From: a virus
Taxonomy: Duplodnaviria > Caudoviricetes
Strand: one strand, 5' to 3'
Length of the DNA stretch: 64,000 nucleotides
Virus record (IMG/VR): IMGVR_UViG_3300033069_001378
Coordinates: 96,001 to 160,000 of that record
This document shows, in pieces, positions 33,980 to 44,200 of the stretch. The translations under genes were made by a program, and so were the position numbers. Position 1 is the first letter of the stretch. Each line of letters starts with the position of its first letter. The notes under the pieces were generated by a model. The model did not search any database and was not told where the DNA came from. It saw nothing but the letters and a program-made list of their open reading frames with translations.

Positions 33980-34029
33980 TTGATGTTTTCTCTTTTTTGA
34001 AATTTGAGAGGCTTGTATTGTCTATATTA

Positions 34030-34308
34030 TCAGTTAAGCTGCGAAATGTAAACAATACCAAGGGAAATCAGGTCGTTTGCAAAGTCGTTCGCGCTATCAC
34101 TTCGAACCGAAGCCCCAAACATGATATAGGCTCGCTTTGCAAAGTCTGCCATGTAGGCATCATCGCTCTCACGCGGGAAAAAGCTCGTATTGCGAAGCTT
34201 TGTCACGAAATCCGAATGGCTTGAAGCGACAATCGTGCAACCATCCAGAAGCTTGTAAGTATTGGCAGTCATTTCTTTCCTCTTGCTTCCTGTTAGGGCT
34301 ATTGCCAA
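34030..34308 (-). CDS. Small protein typical of amidoligase operons
   Basis: 92 aa between amidoligase and GATase; YMADFA.R...F..DL...G. Confidence 0.7.
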   Translation of the reverse strand: MAIALTGSKRKEMTANTYKLLDGCTIVASSHSDFVTKLRNTSFFPRESDDAYMADFAKRAYIMFGASVRSDSANDFANDLISLGIVYISQLN

Positions 34309-34310
34309 TC

Positions 34311-35459
34311 TCAGGCAGCGAGGTCGGAAATGCGCTCCTGATAGTAGTTGATAACCTGGCTATTGAGCCCGATGAAGCACGAATCGTCCGCAGGAAGGAC
34401 CGAATCGTAGCTAACGGTCGGAGTGGTGGGCGTGTTCAGGGCATAGGCACTAAGGTCGTCGAACCCAAGAGCCAAGTAGTAGCCGCGACGGCGCGAGTTA
34501 CGGATCAGGCTGCCTCGTCCCTCGGTACGAAGGACTCGACGAAGACCGGAAATGACTGCCGGGATCGACGCTTCCGCGATGCCAGCGAGCGAAGCGATCT
34601 CGCTCGGAGTGTGATAACAACCATCAGCAAGGATGGCACGAACGCGAGCCGGAGCAGCGGGGCGACGATTCGCACCACGACCACGACGACGCGGAGCGAC
34701 GGTAGCAGCGGGGGCAACCGTGGTAGCAGTCGTGGCAGGCAGAAGACTCGCATAACGACGCGAAGTCTCGACGAAGTTAACGCAGAAGCGAATCCAGTTA
34801 CAGACCTTTTCGGCATTAACCGAACCGGAATGCTGCCGAAACTCGACCGTACCATGGCGAAGATAGCTCTCAAGATTGAGCTTGAGAAAACGATTCTCGT
34901 CATTGGGATAGGTGCGAAGAGCGGTCACGCAATCCGCAGGGGTCGAAACCGTAGCAAGGCGCGCACTATTCGTGCGGACAAGGCTAACGACGGACTTGCA
35001 AAAACGATTGTAGCTGCCACGGCGCGAGACGGGAACCAAAGCATCAATAGACGCCTCGGTATTGGCATACCGCGTAACCGTCATCGCAATATCGCGAGCG
35101 GTAAGGTCGCGAGCATTGACGTGGACGTGAAGACCGCACGTCTTATTGACGGTCGCGCCAGCGGCAACAAGCGCGCGGCAAACCTTGCGAACTTCCTCAA
35201 GACCGTCTTCACCGACGAGAACCGGCGAGACAACCTCACAACCCGGAATGCCGTTGTTTCCGACGACCGACGCATCGGTGACAACCTTCCAATGGTTGCG
35301 AAGAGCGTGGTTATAGCCCTCGGCATGGGCATCGATGCCAGCGTTGCGCAGGGCAAGGACGACGGTAGGGATTGCCAGATTGACAATCTCAAGCTCGACG
35401 CCGAACTTGCGGGACTGGATCACGTTGGCAACAGGAATGGAAGCGGTGCTGGTCGGCAT
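34311..35459 (-). CDS. Putative amidoligase (COOH-NH2 ligase type 2) with a winged-HTH insert
   Basis: FGVELE, WKVVTDASV, EVVSPVL, TCGLHVHV, RFLKLN, TVEFRQH.G. Confidence 0.92.
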   Translation of the reverse strand: MPTSTASIPVANVIQSRKFGVELEIVNLAIPTVVLALRNAGIDAHAEGYNHALRNHWKVVTDASVVGNNGIPGCEVVSPVLVGEDGLEEVRKVCRALVAAGATVNKTCGLHVHVNARDLTARDIAMTVTRYANTEASIDALVPVSRRGSYNRFCKSVVSLVRTNSARLATVSTPADCVTALRTYPNDENRFLKLNLESYLRHGTVEFRQHSGSVNAEKVCNWIRFCVNFVETSRRYASLLPATTATTVAPAATVAPRRRGRGANRRPAAPARVRAILADGCYHTPSEIASLAGIAEASIPAVISGLRRVLRTEGRGSLIRNSRRRGYYLALGFDDLSAYALNTPTTPTVSYDSVLPADDSCFIGLNSQVINYYQERISDLAA

Positions 35460-35537
35460 GGGTTCTCCGTGTGTCTCGATTCTTTATATAGACTACCACG
35501 GAAAACCAAAAGAGTAAACTGATTATGGAAAATTTTT

Positions 35538-36098
35538 TTAGCCCTTGTTTTTAGGGTCTTTTTTGATTTCTTGCCTGTTCTTCTTCATGTTTTCCTCTAG
35601 TTTTTCCTGCGAAAACCGATATCCATATTCGGGAACGTCGGGGAAAAGAGGCTTAATTTCAAGGGTTTTCTTGTTATGAATATTGGAGGCAGAGGTTTCC
35701 ATAAGCATGTAAAGCTCTTGTTTCAAGAGTCTTTCTGCTTCCATCTTTTTTTGAACTCCTGTCATTAGGCTATTTTCTGGCGGTCTGCTAGATAGGCTTG
35801 AAGAGATTGCTAGCAGATTTTGCTCAGATTCACGGAGCTTTCTAACCATGACCCTGCTTGTATCTAGTGCAGTCTCAAGGTTTTTAAGCTCAGAAGTAGC
35901 CTCGTCATAGACTTGCATAAGCCAATAGGTAAGAATACTCTTGGCTTTGTTGCGAAAGAGATCTCTACGTGAGCCGTTTAGCTTGGTTTCGTATGTTTCT
36001 TCAAACATAACTACCAAGTCATCGACCATGCGATCAAGATGCTCTAGGACTACTTGGTTCCTACGAAGATTTTCACCCTGATTTTTAGGACTATTCAT
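35538..36098 (-). CDS. Hypothetical coiled-coil protein
   Basis: 186 aa, GAGGT upstream. Confidence 0.65.
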   Translation of the reverse strand: MNSPKNQGENLRRNQVVLEHLDRMVDDLVVMFEETYETKLNGSRRDLFRNKAKSILTYWLMQVYDEATSELKNLETALDTSRVMVRKLRESEQNLLAISSSLSSRPPENSLMTGVQKKMEAERLLKQELYMLMETSASNIHNKKTLEIKPLFPDVPEYGYRFSQEKLEENMKKNRQEIKKDPKNKG

Positions 36099-36345
36099 GA
36101 GGTTTACCTCTTTGACAAGAGAGTCCAGTTGGGCTCTTCAAAGATAAGTAGACCATCATTATAGATATTATTGTCCTACTTGGTGAAAGTGCTCAAGAGT
36201 TTGCGACTTCGTTTCTCAATGCTTCGGTAGTACGAATTGAGATTTAGCTTCACAGGGATTTGAATTTCAAACGTAAACCACAGCCAGAGTGTGATCCAAG
36301 CGAAAAAACCGAGTAGAATTTGCATGTTTTTTGTTTTCTGTTTTT

Positions 36346-36858
36346 TCAGGGGTAGACGAGATCCTTGAGAATCTCGAAGTTGTCAACAAGCTCGTTATGC
36401 TCAGAATCGAAGACTCGATCGTTGGCATAGAAGTTCTTTGCAGGATTTCCAACCTTCATAACGCCATAAGTAGAAGCATCGATGCTGTAGTAAGCACGCT
36501 TGATGCCGTAGTTAAACAAAACATGCTGACAAATCTCACAGGGACGAGCCATTCCTAGCTCTTGGTTGTCCTTACGGAGACGAATCACAAACATTTTGCA
36601 GCCAGATAGATCGGTTTTCTCTCGTCCCTTTAGGACTGCATCCATTTCGGCATGAGTGGACAAGCAGTAATCACGAGTTCCACGAACTTGATTCGTGTAA
36701 TGCTCGACAAAACTGTTCGTATTGTGCTTATTGTATCCGACAGAAACAACATTACCGCCACGTACAATGACAGCGGCAAGACGAAAATCCTGCTTTTCAT
36801 TGTAGGCATGACAGCGGCAATTTTGTTCTGCAATGCGTAGGAACTTGTGCATTGCCAT
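36346..36858 (-). CDS. Zinc-dependent cytidine/dCMP deaminase-fold protein
   Basis: AAVI....VVSVGYN, HAEMDA, ARPCEIC. Confidence 0.88.
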   Translation of the reverse strand: MAMHKFLRIAEQNCRCHAYNEKQDFRLAAVIVRGGNVVSVGYNKHNTNSFVEHYTNQVRGTRDYCLSTHAEMDAVLKGREKTDLSGCKMFVIRLRKDNQELGMARPCEICQHVLFNYGIKRAYYSIDASTYGVMKVGNPAKNFYANDRVFDSEHNELVDNFEILKDLVYP

Positions 36859-36913
36859 ATATTACCACCTATTTCTAAAATGTAAACCAAAAAATCAGTT
36901 TACACAAAAATGG

Positions 36914-38716
36914 CTATCTTAGTACCCAATCCCATTCAGCGTTCGGGTTAATGTAGGGTTGTTGATTGGGTCTTGATTGTTGCTGTTGTGGCAAACCCAT
37001 TTCTTTTCTCAATTCGGAAAAGGCATCGGTCTGTACTGTAGCTGGAACTTTTGAAACTGTTGGGAGAAGTCCGGGAGCACCTGTTACTCTGTTCTGCTGT
37101 TGAGCAAAGTTATTGCCAACAAAGACAGGCATAGGCATATCGAGATTCTTTACCTCTTGAGAAACTCCGTATCCACCGTAACCATTGGAGGTAAGTGATA
37201 CGTTATTTCTTGCAAAGCTAAGCAGCATGGCTCTCGAATACTCGTCTTGTGAATATTGAGTTTGTCCAGAAACCTCAAACAATGAGACACCTATAGCTAG
37301 TGCCATTACCAAATCGTCATGGTAATTCTTCATTGCTTCGGCTCTATTGCCTTTCCAAATGAATACCTTGAACTCTTCTAGGATTCTCTTCGAGTTGATT
37401 CTAAGCTGACCATTCTTCAAAACGGTGTCAAGCTTTGCAAGCATCTCGTCTCTGTTCTTTGGACCAGTATAGATACCTGGCATATCTTGTGGTCTGATCT
37501 CTTGTTGTGTCATGTAAGCAGAGTAGATATTTTTGAACTTTTCATAAAAGAGGTTTGGATAGTTTGCATCTTTTATTGATTTTGCGACAATCAAACCATA
37601 AGAGTTCTGTTCTGGACAGAGCATTGCGAAATTGTATTCCTGACCAACCTTCATTAGTAGGTCTGCAAGGTGATCCGAAGGAATCTTGTTGCTTTGGAAC
37701 TCTCCAATAACAGAATCATTGGTTATGTTGATGATATGAAACGTTGAGTAATCCTTACCAGCACCAGAAGAAACGTCAGCAGCAATAACATACTTGCTGT
37801 CTGGTTCAGGCTTTTCCCAAATCCAAAGGTCTTCATGTAGAGGATGGATATACAAAGGATCTCTAACGGTCGAAGCAAGTAGATCCATTGTTGTGTTTGA
37901 AAGGAAGGTGTCACCGGATCCAAGAAAGGAACATAGAAGTTCTTGCTGGATTGCTCGTTCCGTTCCTAGTTCAGCGCACTGTTGCTCATACCATTTCTGA
38001 TCTCTTTCAGGTTGAACAGTCCAAGGAAGCTCGACGGGCTTGAAGCCGTTGTCTCCTTTTAATGCTCTTGTCCATAGAGAATGGAAAAGATTACCGACGC
38101 CGTTTGGAGTAGAGATAAGGATAGCACTTCCACCTGTAGAAAGGGTTGGTTGGAGAGCAAGCCAAAGCTCGTCGATGCCTTCAACGTGGGCAGCTTCGTC
38201 AACGATAAGGAGTGAGATAGCTTCACCACGTCCTGCGTCCGAGCTTGTTGGTACGGCTTTGATTGACGAACCGTTGTCAAACTTTATGTCTCTTACGGAG
38301 TGTGCCGTAATCTTTGGCATGATGAGCCAGTTTGGAATGCTTTTAAGCATTGCGTCAACCTTTCGAATGAAAAGCTTCGCAACTTCTAGCTTGGTAGCGA
38401 CAACAAGAATGTTCTTTTGTGGCTGGAAGATTGCCATCCAAATCGAGTAAGCAGCGGAGACTGTAGAAAGTCCTAGCTGTCTCGACTTGTTAACGATTAC
38501 GAATCTGTTTTGTTTAAAGCATTCTACACAGTCATCCTGATATTCAAAAGTCTTGAATGGGATGAGTCCCTTAACAGGGTGAGGAATCTTTACGTAAGTC
38601 TTAATGAAGTACGCAGGGTCTTTTCCGCAACGTATGATTTCTTTAACTTGATATTCTCTAGGAGGAATGCCCTTCATAGAGGTTTGAATATGTTCACTTT
38701 TGCTTGGTCTTGCCAT
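36914..38716 (-). CDS. Terminase large subunit (T4 gp17-like)
   Basis: KSRQLGLST, LLIVDEAA, ISTPNG, QE..C.F, ADVSSG.G.DYS, HDDLVMALAI. Confidence 0.95.
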   Translation of the reverse strand: MARPSKSEHIQTSMKGIPPREYQVKEIIRCGKDPAYFIKTYVKIPHPVKGLIPFKTFEYQDDCVECFKQNRFVIVNKSRQLGLSTVSAAYSIWMAIFQPQKNILVVATKLEVAKLFIRKVDAMLKSIPNWLIMPKITAHSVRDIKFDNGSSIKAVPTSSDAGRGEAISLLIVDEAAHVEGIDELWLALQPTLSTGGSAILISTPNGVGNLFHSLWTRALKGDNGFKPVELPWTVQPERDQKWYEQQCAELGTERAIQQELLCSFLGSGDTFLSNTTMDLLASTVRDPLYIHPLHEDLWIWEKPEPDSKYVIAADVSSGAGKDYSTFHIINITNDSVIGEFQSNKIPSDHLADLLMKVGQEYNFAMLCPEQNSYGLIVAKSIKDANYPNLFYEKFKNIYSAYMTQQEIRPQDMPGIYTGPKNRDEMLAKLDTVLKNGQLRINSKRILEEFKVFIWKGNRAEAMKNYHDDLVMALAIGVSLFEVSGQTQYSQDEYSRAMLLSFARNNVSLTSNGYGGYGVSQEVKNLDMPMPVFVGNNFAQQQNRVTGAPGLLPTVSKVPATVQTDAFSELRKEMGLPQQQQSRPNQQPYINPNAEWDWVLR

Positions 38717-39239
38717 CGGGCTTCTTCTGATCTATCAACTTCTTGTTGTGCTTGACTTGTTTGTCAACATTGTCTTGCACAGTCTTTTCCATCTTCTCGA
38801 AGTAATCCTCAACATCATCGCCACCTGTTACTTCAATGAGGGCAGTTACTCTTAACATTCCTGATTGAGTTGGTCTAAAAACCGAGTAAGAAGTGAATTC
38901 TACGTTGTCAACAACGGAGTTTTCGTTGATTGTTAGTGTTATTGACTTATCGAACTGCTCTTTGTATTCTCTTGCAAAGTTCTCTGTACCGCGTTTGATT
39001 GATGAAAGTGCGTCAGAGACAAGCTTACCCATTAGAGTTGAAAGCATTGATTTTGAAGGGACTGCAATAGCGCCTTGGTAATGAGCTTTTATCGTTCTTT
39101 CGTTGATTAACTCAAAACGAAGATGTTGTGTGGTTGTACCAGTATATCCAGAGCCGCCAGGTCCGTTAGAACCAAGGGTTGAGTTTGCAATTCTAGATAG
39201 TCTGTTGAACTTCTTAAGGTCTTTGATCAATCCTGACAT
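38694..39239 (-). CDS. Hypothetical protein
   Basis: 181 aa, GAGG upstream. Confidence 0.7.
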   Translation of the reverse strand: MSGLIKDLKKFNRLSRIANSTLGSNGPGGSGYTGTTTQHLRFELINERTIKAHYQGAIAVPSKSMLSTLMGKLVSDALSSIKRGTENFAREYKEQFDKSITLTINENSVVDNVEFTSYSVFRPTQSGMLRVTALIEVTGGDDVEDYFEKMEKTVQDNVDKQVKHNKKLIDQKKPDGKTKQK

Positions 39240-39258
39240 ATTGGTATTTCCTCGTGTA

Positions 39259-39555
39259 TTACTTGAAAATAAGTATGGGTCTTGATTGCAATTCCCTATT
39301 TTTTATGTACTCATCCCATAACTCGGGAAAAACTACAGAAGGATGCTTCTCTTTTACTTGCCAGTCAACTTCAAGAACATAAGACCAGTTAATGTCACAC
39401 TTAGAGCAACAACCTTTTGATCTATATGAAATTGAATCATCGATTGTTTTCATTGGCTGTTGACATTCTTTACAAAACAATGGGACTTGTTGCTGTCTGA
39501 CTTCTTCATCAAACACAACAATCACCTTACCATTATTTTTGGATTCTATTGCCAT
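39259..39555 (-). CDS. Zinc-finger hypothetical protein
   Basis: PLFCKEC...D..SY...GCCSKC. Confidence 0.7.
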   Translation of the reverse strand: MAIESKNNGKVIVVFDEEVRQQQVPLFCKECQQPMKTIDDSISYRSKGCCSKCDINWSYVLEVDWQVKEKHPSVVFPELWDEYIKNRELQSRPILIFK

Positions 39556-39575
39556 AGTGACAATAGACTAACAGA

Positions 39576-40082
39576 TTACCACCAATATGGATTCTTTGTT
39601 GAACGCTTCCAAACAGCAAATCTAGCTTTGTCCATCTTGTAGTAGTTGCGATAGGACTGCACAGGATCGCCGGGGACCAAACATAAATTATGCTTTGCAG
39701 GATCTTTGGCATAGAATGCCATGGCAAAGCCAGTCATGTTGTCGGCTTGTATGTTTGGAACATGCTCAGAGAGCCATTTCAGATGAGGAGCACAAGCATG
39801 AATCTTACGATACCTTGCCGTGTATTCTTCTGAAATAGCTATTCCGTGTTTGACAAGCCACTTATAGTTTGCCTTTGAATCTCTTGCCCATTTGGAACAA
39901 GGATGATTGGCATGAGTTGGCTTATATGGCACAAGTTTCTTTGGTCCAGTTGGTTGCCCACCTGTTGCCCAATGAGCGGTATACAACATTTGAGTTGTTT
40001 CTACTGCCATTTTAGAAATGTGCTTATCGCATAAGAACTGCGCTGCTCTTTTTGGATTTGTGTCTAAAACGAAAATATTCAT
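39576..40082 (-). CDS. Pyrimidine-dimer glycosylase/DenV-related phage protein
   Basis: MNIFVLD...DKHISKM..E..QML, YKPTH.NHPCS.W, EYT.RY..IH, YRNYY. Confidence 0.8.
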   Translation of the reverse strand: MNIFVLDTNPKRAAQFLCDKHISKMAVETTQMLYTAHWATGGQPTGPKKLVPYKPTHANHPCSKWARDSKANYKWLVKHGIAISEEYTARYRKIHACAPHLKWLSEHVPNIQADNMTGFAMAFYAKDPAKHNLCLVPGDPVQSYRNYYKMDKARFAVWKRSTKNPYWW

Positions 40083-40148
40083 AGGAACCCTTTCATCAGG
40101 CTCCTATGATATCATCTTATCTTGAAGGAATAAAGCAGTCTGCTAAAA

Positions 40149-40535
40149 TCAAGCAAATCTAACTTTGATGCCATCAACAGTCTTCTTGAGACTTGTGATT
40201 GCACTTCCGTCAGAATCAGCATAGAGATCTCTCCAGGCTTCTCCAAGTGAATCGTGTTCCTTCTTTTCAAGATATGGATTCAGTTGAAAGAATATTTGGG
40301 AAGCAATCGAGAACGAATCGTCGGACACACCCTCTGCTAAGGTATGATAGAACTTGTCCATCATTCGATAGAGTTGGTCCCTCTTGAATCCTACTGCTGG
40401 CTGTGTTTCAGCCTCTTGTTGCTGTTGTTGAAGCAAGCGTTGAGCCTGTGTCGTATAGCTGCGAACGTTTGTTGTTGTTGGGGTTGGAGTTACGGAAGAC
40501 TGTTGTTGCTTGTTTACAATGATATTACGTGACAT
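40149..40535 (-). CDS. Hypothetical protein
   Basis: 128 aa with Q/T-rich N-terminus. Confidence 0.65.
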   Translation of the reverse strand: MSRNIIVNKQQQSSVTPTPTTTNVRSYTTQAQRLLQQQQQEAETQPAVGFKRDQLYRMMDKFYHTLAEGVSDDSFSIASQIFFQLNPYLEKKEHDSLGEAWRDLYADSDGSAITSLKKTVDGIKVRFA

Positions 40536-40574
40536 ATTGATACTTTTTGTGGTTTGTTGTTAAGAGTTTTGGTT

Positions 40575-41150
40575 TCAGATTGTTTCGCCGTCAATTGTAA
40601 AAGTCGTATAGTCGATTTCTACTTTCAAAGTTCTAACTTGGTCCCGTTCCATGGACAAGTCTCCGAAGTCGATTGCATGAACTCGTGGCTCGTCTAGAAC
40701 CATTGTCATAATGACCTCATCCTTCTCGCCAAGAAGCTCAATAGAGAAATCTTTGATTCCGTCTCTTGATGCCTTAAGCAAATCGGTATATGCGTTAATC
40801 TTTCCTTTTGGATCAATGCCTCCCATAACTTCAATCAAGACAAACTGCTTTGCCCCTTGACTGCTGTTCTGTTGTCTCATTGAAGGAATGAATCCAAACT
40901 TAGGAAGCTGGATATCGCTTATTAGGTCTACACACTTGATACTAGAAGACTTGACTCTGAAGTTATCTGAATAGACGACTTCATCTTCTTCTGGAGAAGA
41001 AGGAATCAGACTGCCTGCCTCTGTTGGCGTAAGCAGCGGATCAATTTGCAAATCTTTGTCGATAGGTCCGGGAATGAAGGATTTCATAATCTTGTTACTT
41101 TTGTTGCCCTTGCTCGCTGTTGACTTAGAAGAAACCTTCTTCTTTGCCAT
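40575..41150 (-). CDS. Hypothetical protein (C-terminus weakly tail-tube-like)
   Basis: Likely start MAKKK; KDFSIELLG...V.....L......IDFGDL......L...I.Y. Confidence 0.6.
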   Translation of the reverse strand: MAKKKVSSKSTASKGNKSNKIMKSFIPGPIDKDLQIDPLLTPTEAGSLIPSSPEEDEVVYSDNFRVKSSSIKCVDLISDIQLPKFGFIPSMRQQNSSQGAKQFVLIEVMGGIDPKGKINAYTDLLKASRDGIKDFSIELLGEKDEVIMTMVLDEPRVHAIDFGDLSMERDQVRTLKVEIDYTTFTIDGETI

Positions 41151-41268
41151 CTTCTTTGGTAGTTTGGCAGGCTTCAAGGATCTTGAGTATGCCTGTGGTC
41201 CCTTATACAAAGAAGAGATGCATGGTTTGGATAAAGACAACTTGTGTAAGTTTTCGATTTTCATTAGT

Positions 41269-44200
41269 TTAAGCCTCGATTTTGGATTCTACGCCGTCGT
41301 TCTTGACTTCCAAGATTCGATCAGCAACTTCTTTTATAGCAGGTTCATGAGAGATAATCAACACAGACTTAAAATAAGTCCTTAACATGTTGAGCATTTC
41401 GAGACAAGCTTGCATGTTCTCTTCATCCAGAGCGGTGAATCCTTCATCAACAATGAATATATCGGAACGTGGAATCGATGACACATTGATCAGTGCGACT
41501 CTGATTGCAAGACTTGCGATGGTCTTCTCCATGCCAGAGCCAAGCTCTACGACACGACGAGAATGCATATCCTCTAGGTAGACGTCCATAGCATTTGAAG
41601 CTAGGTCGTTTTCCAAAACAATCTTGAAGTCAGTAACTCCCATGAGTATCTTCTCAAGCTCAGAGTTGATTGAAGGCAATTGAGTCTTTAGGATCATTGC
41701 AGGAATACCTGTTTTTGAAAAGGACTCTTGGATTGAAGACAAGACTGTGAAGTTCTCGTGAAGCTCCTTAAGCATATCCCTGTTTGCCTTAACGGTTTCA
41801 AGGTTGGTTTGATAACTTCCAAGTGACTTATAGAGGTCTGCAAGAGTCTTATCGAACTCTTTTATCTCTACTTCCATTCCTTCAACAAGCTTTTTGTTTG
41901 CAAGGTGTGTTTCGTCGCTGTCATAACTTGAATCTGCCTTCAACGACTTTGTGATTTCTTCAATCTCATTGACGATTTGAATTCTGTAGGCATTCTTGAA
42001 ATCATACTCGTTCCTCTTTGAAGCAAGAGAAGTCTTTGTTGAATTCACTGTTTCTTGAAGGCGATCCCTTTGCTTTATGCTTCTGTTGAAGTTTTCTATT
42101 TGCTCTTCAAGCTTTAGAGAAGCAAGTTCAGACATATCTGAAAGGATTGATACTTGCTCGTCAAGGAGCTGACGAAGATGGTTGTTTTGTTCGACTAACT
42201 TCTTCTTGTCCTCGTGAGAATCTCGAATAAAGTAGCAATCAGGAAACTGCTCGCCGCATGGTACGAGGTCAAGCTTCTTAACAGACTTGTCAAGATGGGC
42301 TTTTGTGTTCTGTTCAACATGAATCTCGGACTTTATGTGATTGCTCTTGGTCTTCTTATCGTTAAGAATGGCAAGTTTCTCATTAAGACCAACAAGATCA
42401 ACCAATCCAATAGCTGTTTCAAGAGAAACCATTTGTTGTTCTTGAGTCTCAAGCTTTCCAACAAGCAGATCAATGTCCTTCTTGATAGTTAACAGATCAT
42501 CATCCACAACAGACAAAGCTTTCTTCTTTGAAGAAAGGCTGTTTTGAATCATGAACCTGTCTTTGTTCTTGTTCTCGTATGAGAGGACCAAATCCTTTAG
42601 GTCTGTATGAGCAGACTGCTTCTTTGACTTCAACTGATTGGTGTTATCGATTTGGTAATCAACTCTATCGATTTCCTTGGAGATTTCGATTTCCTTCTTA
42701 TCCAAGTCTTCAATGGTTAGACCTTTTGTCTTGGCATTCAAGTTTACAACGTCATTTTTTACAAACGTGTATAGCTTTTCAAACAAGTCAATATCCAAGA
42801 ACCTGTTGAGGATCTTCTTTCTGTTGGTCGAGCCCTCGTTGATGAATCTCATGATATCACCCTGGGATGCAAGACTTGTCATCAGGAAATCTTCTGGAGT
42901 TCCGATTAGCTTTCGGATTTCCTTGTCTGTGTCATCGCGAGAAATGCTATTTCTCTCTATTTTGGTGATCTTTCCGTCTGCCTTGTACTTCACCTCAAAC
43001 AAGTTTACCTTTGTGGCACTCTTGGAAGGATCCTTTTGATTGGTTCTGGTTGTTTCACGCTCAATGATATAGTCAGTACCATCATGGCTAATGCAAATCT
43101 TTGCCCAACAGTTGTTCTTTCGCTTATTGATGATATCGCTTGCTTTGATAGAACCACGGTCAGTTGTGTTGAACAAAGCATACATGGTTGCAGCGATGAC
43201 GCTGCTCTTTCCAATTTTGTTCTTTCCAAACAAGCCGATGAGTCCAGTTTGCTTCTCAAAGTCAATCTTGTTGTTGTCTCCGTAGCGGAATAGGTTTCCG
43301 AACTCAAGCCACTTGACTGTCCACTGTTGATTTCCGATAACACCACCGTCGTATTGAACGGAGTTGTTGTACTGCTCAAGATAGGTCTTTATTTGCTCAT
43401 GAGCCTTTTGCTTCTGCTCTGCTGAGAGAAGAATTTGATTCTGACTTAGCATGAAGTCGTCGAAGAGCTTTACAATGGCATCGGAATCGTTTCTAAGGTT
43501 CTTTTTGGATGCCTTTGAACGTTCGATTTCCATGAAATCGTTATTCACGTCCTTTTCGTGCTTGAAAACAACTTCTTGAACTCCATAGTTGGTTCTAAGA
43601 ATGTTCACCAACGCTTCTGTGTGAGCTTGTGGAAGAACCTCTCTTGTAACGAACCTAAAGCGAGAGCCAGGAAGGATTGTTCCGTTTGGAACAACGTCTA
43701 GAACGTTTTGGATTGTGTCTTTTACGTTATTGACCCAACCGAGTGTGTAGAACGGTTGAAGATTGTCAAGCTCATGGAACTCAACGTCCCAATCATCCTT
43801 GGCACGAATATCCCAAACGTAGAAGCCTTTGGTGATTGACTCACCGAAGTTCTGTTGGATCAAAGAGCCAGGATAGCCCATGTAAGGCTTGAATGCACCT
43901 GTCTTATCTCTACGACGATCCATGAATTGCTGTTGATGAATATCTCCAAGCAATACGAAGTCGAAGATGTTCATATCCGAAACATCAATCTCTCCGTGTG
44001 GCCAGACCATTCCGTTGTCCATGACACAACCAGATACGGAGCCGTGAAACAATGCGATGTTGATCTTGTCTGGATCTGGAACCATGTTCTTCCAGCCATC
44101 TTTGTCGAATGGCGAGAAGCAATGAAACTTTACAGAAGGACGGAGTTTTTTGACGGCACTATCGTATGTTGTAATATCGTATGTTACCGAATTCCTGGAA

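Noticed and set aside
34137-35522. 461-aa plus-strand ORF (also 33284-33973 and 13588-14019)
   Set aside because: Antisense shadows of GC-rich minus-strand genes that have their own motifs or promoters; no recognisable motifs themselves.
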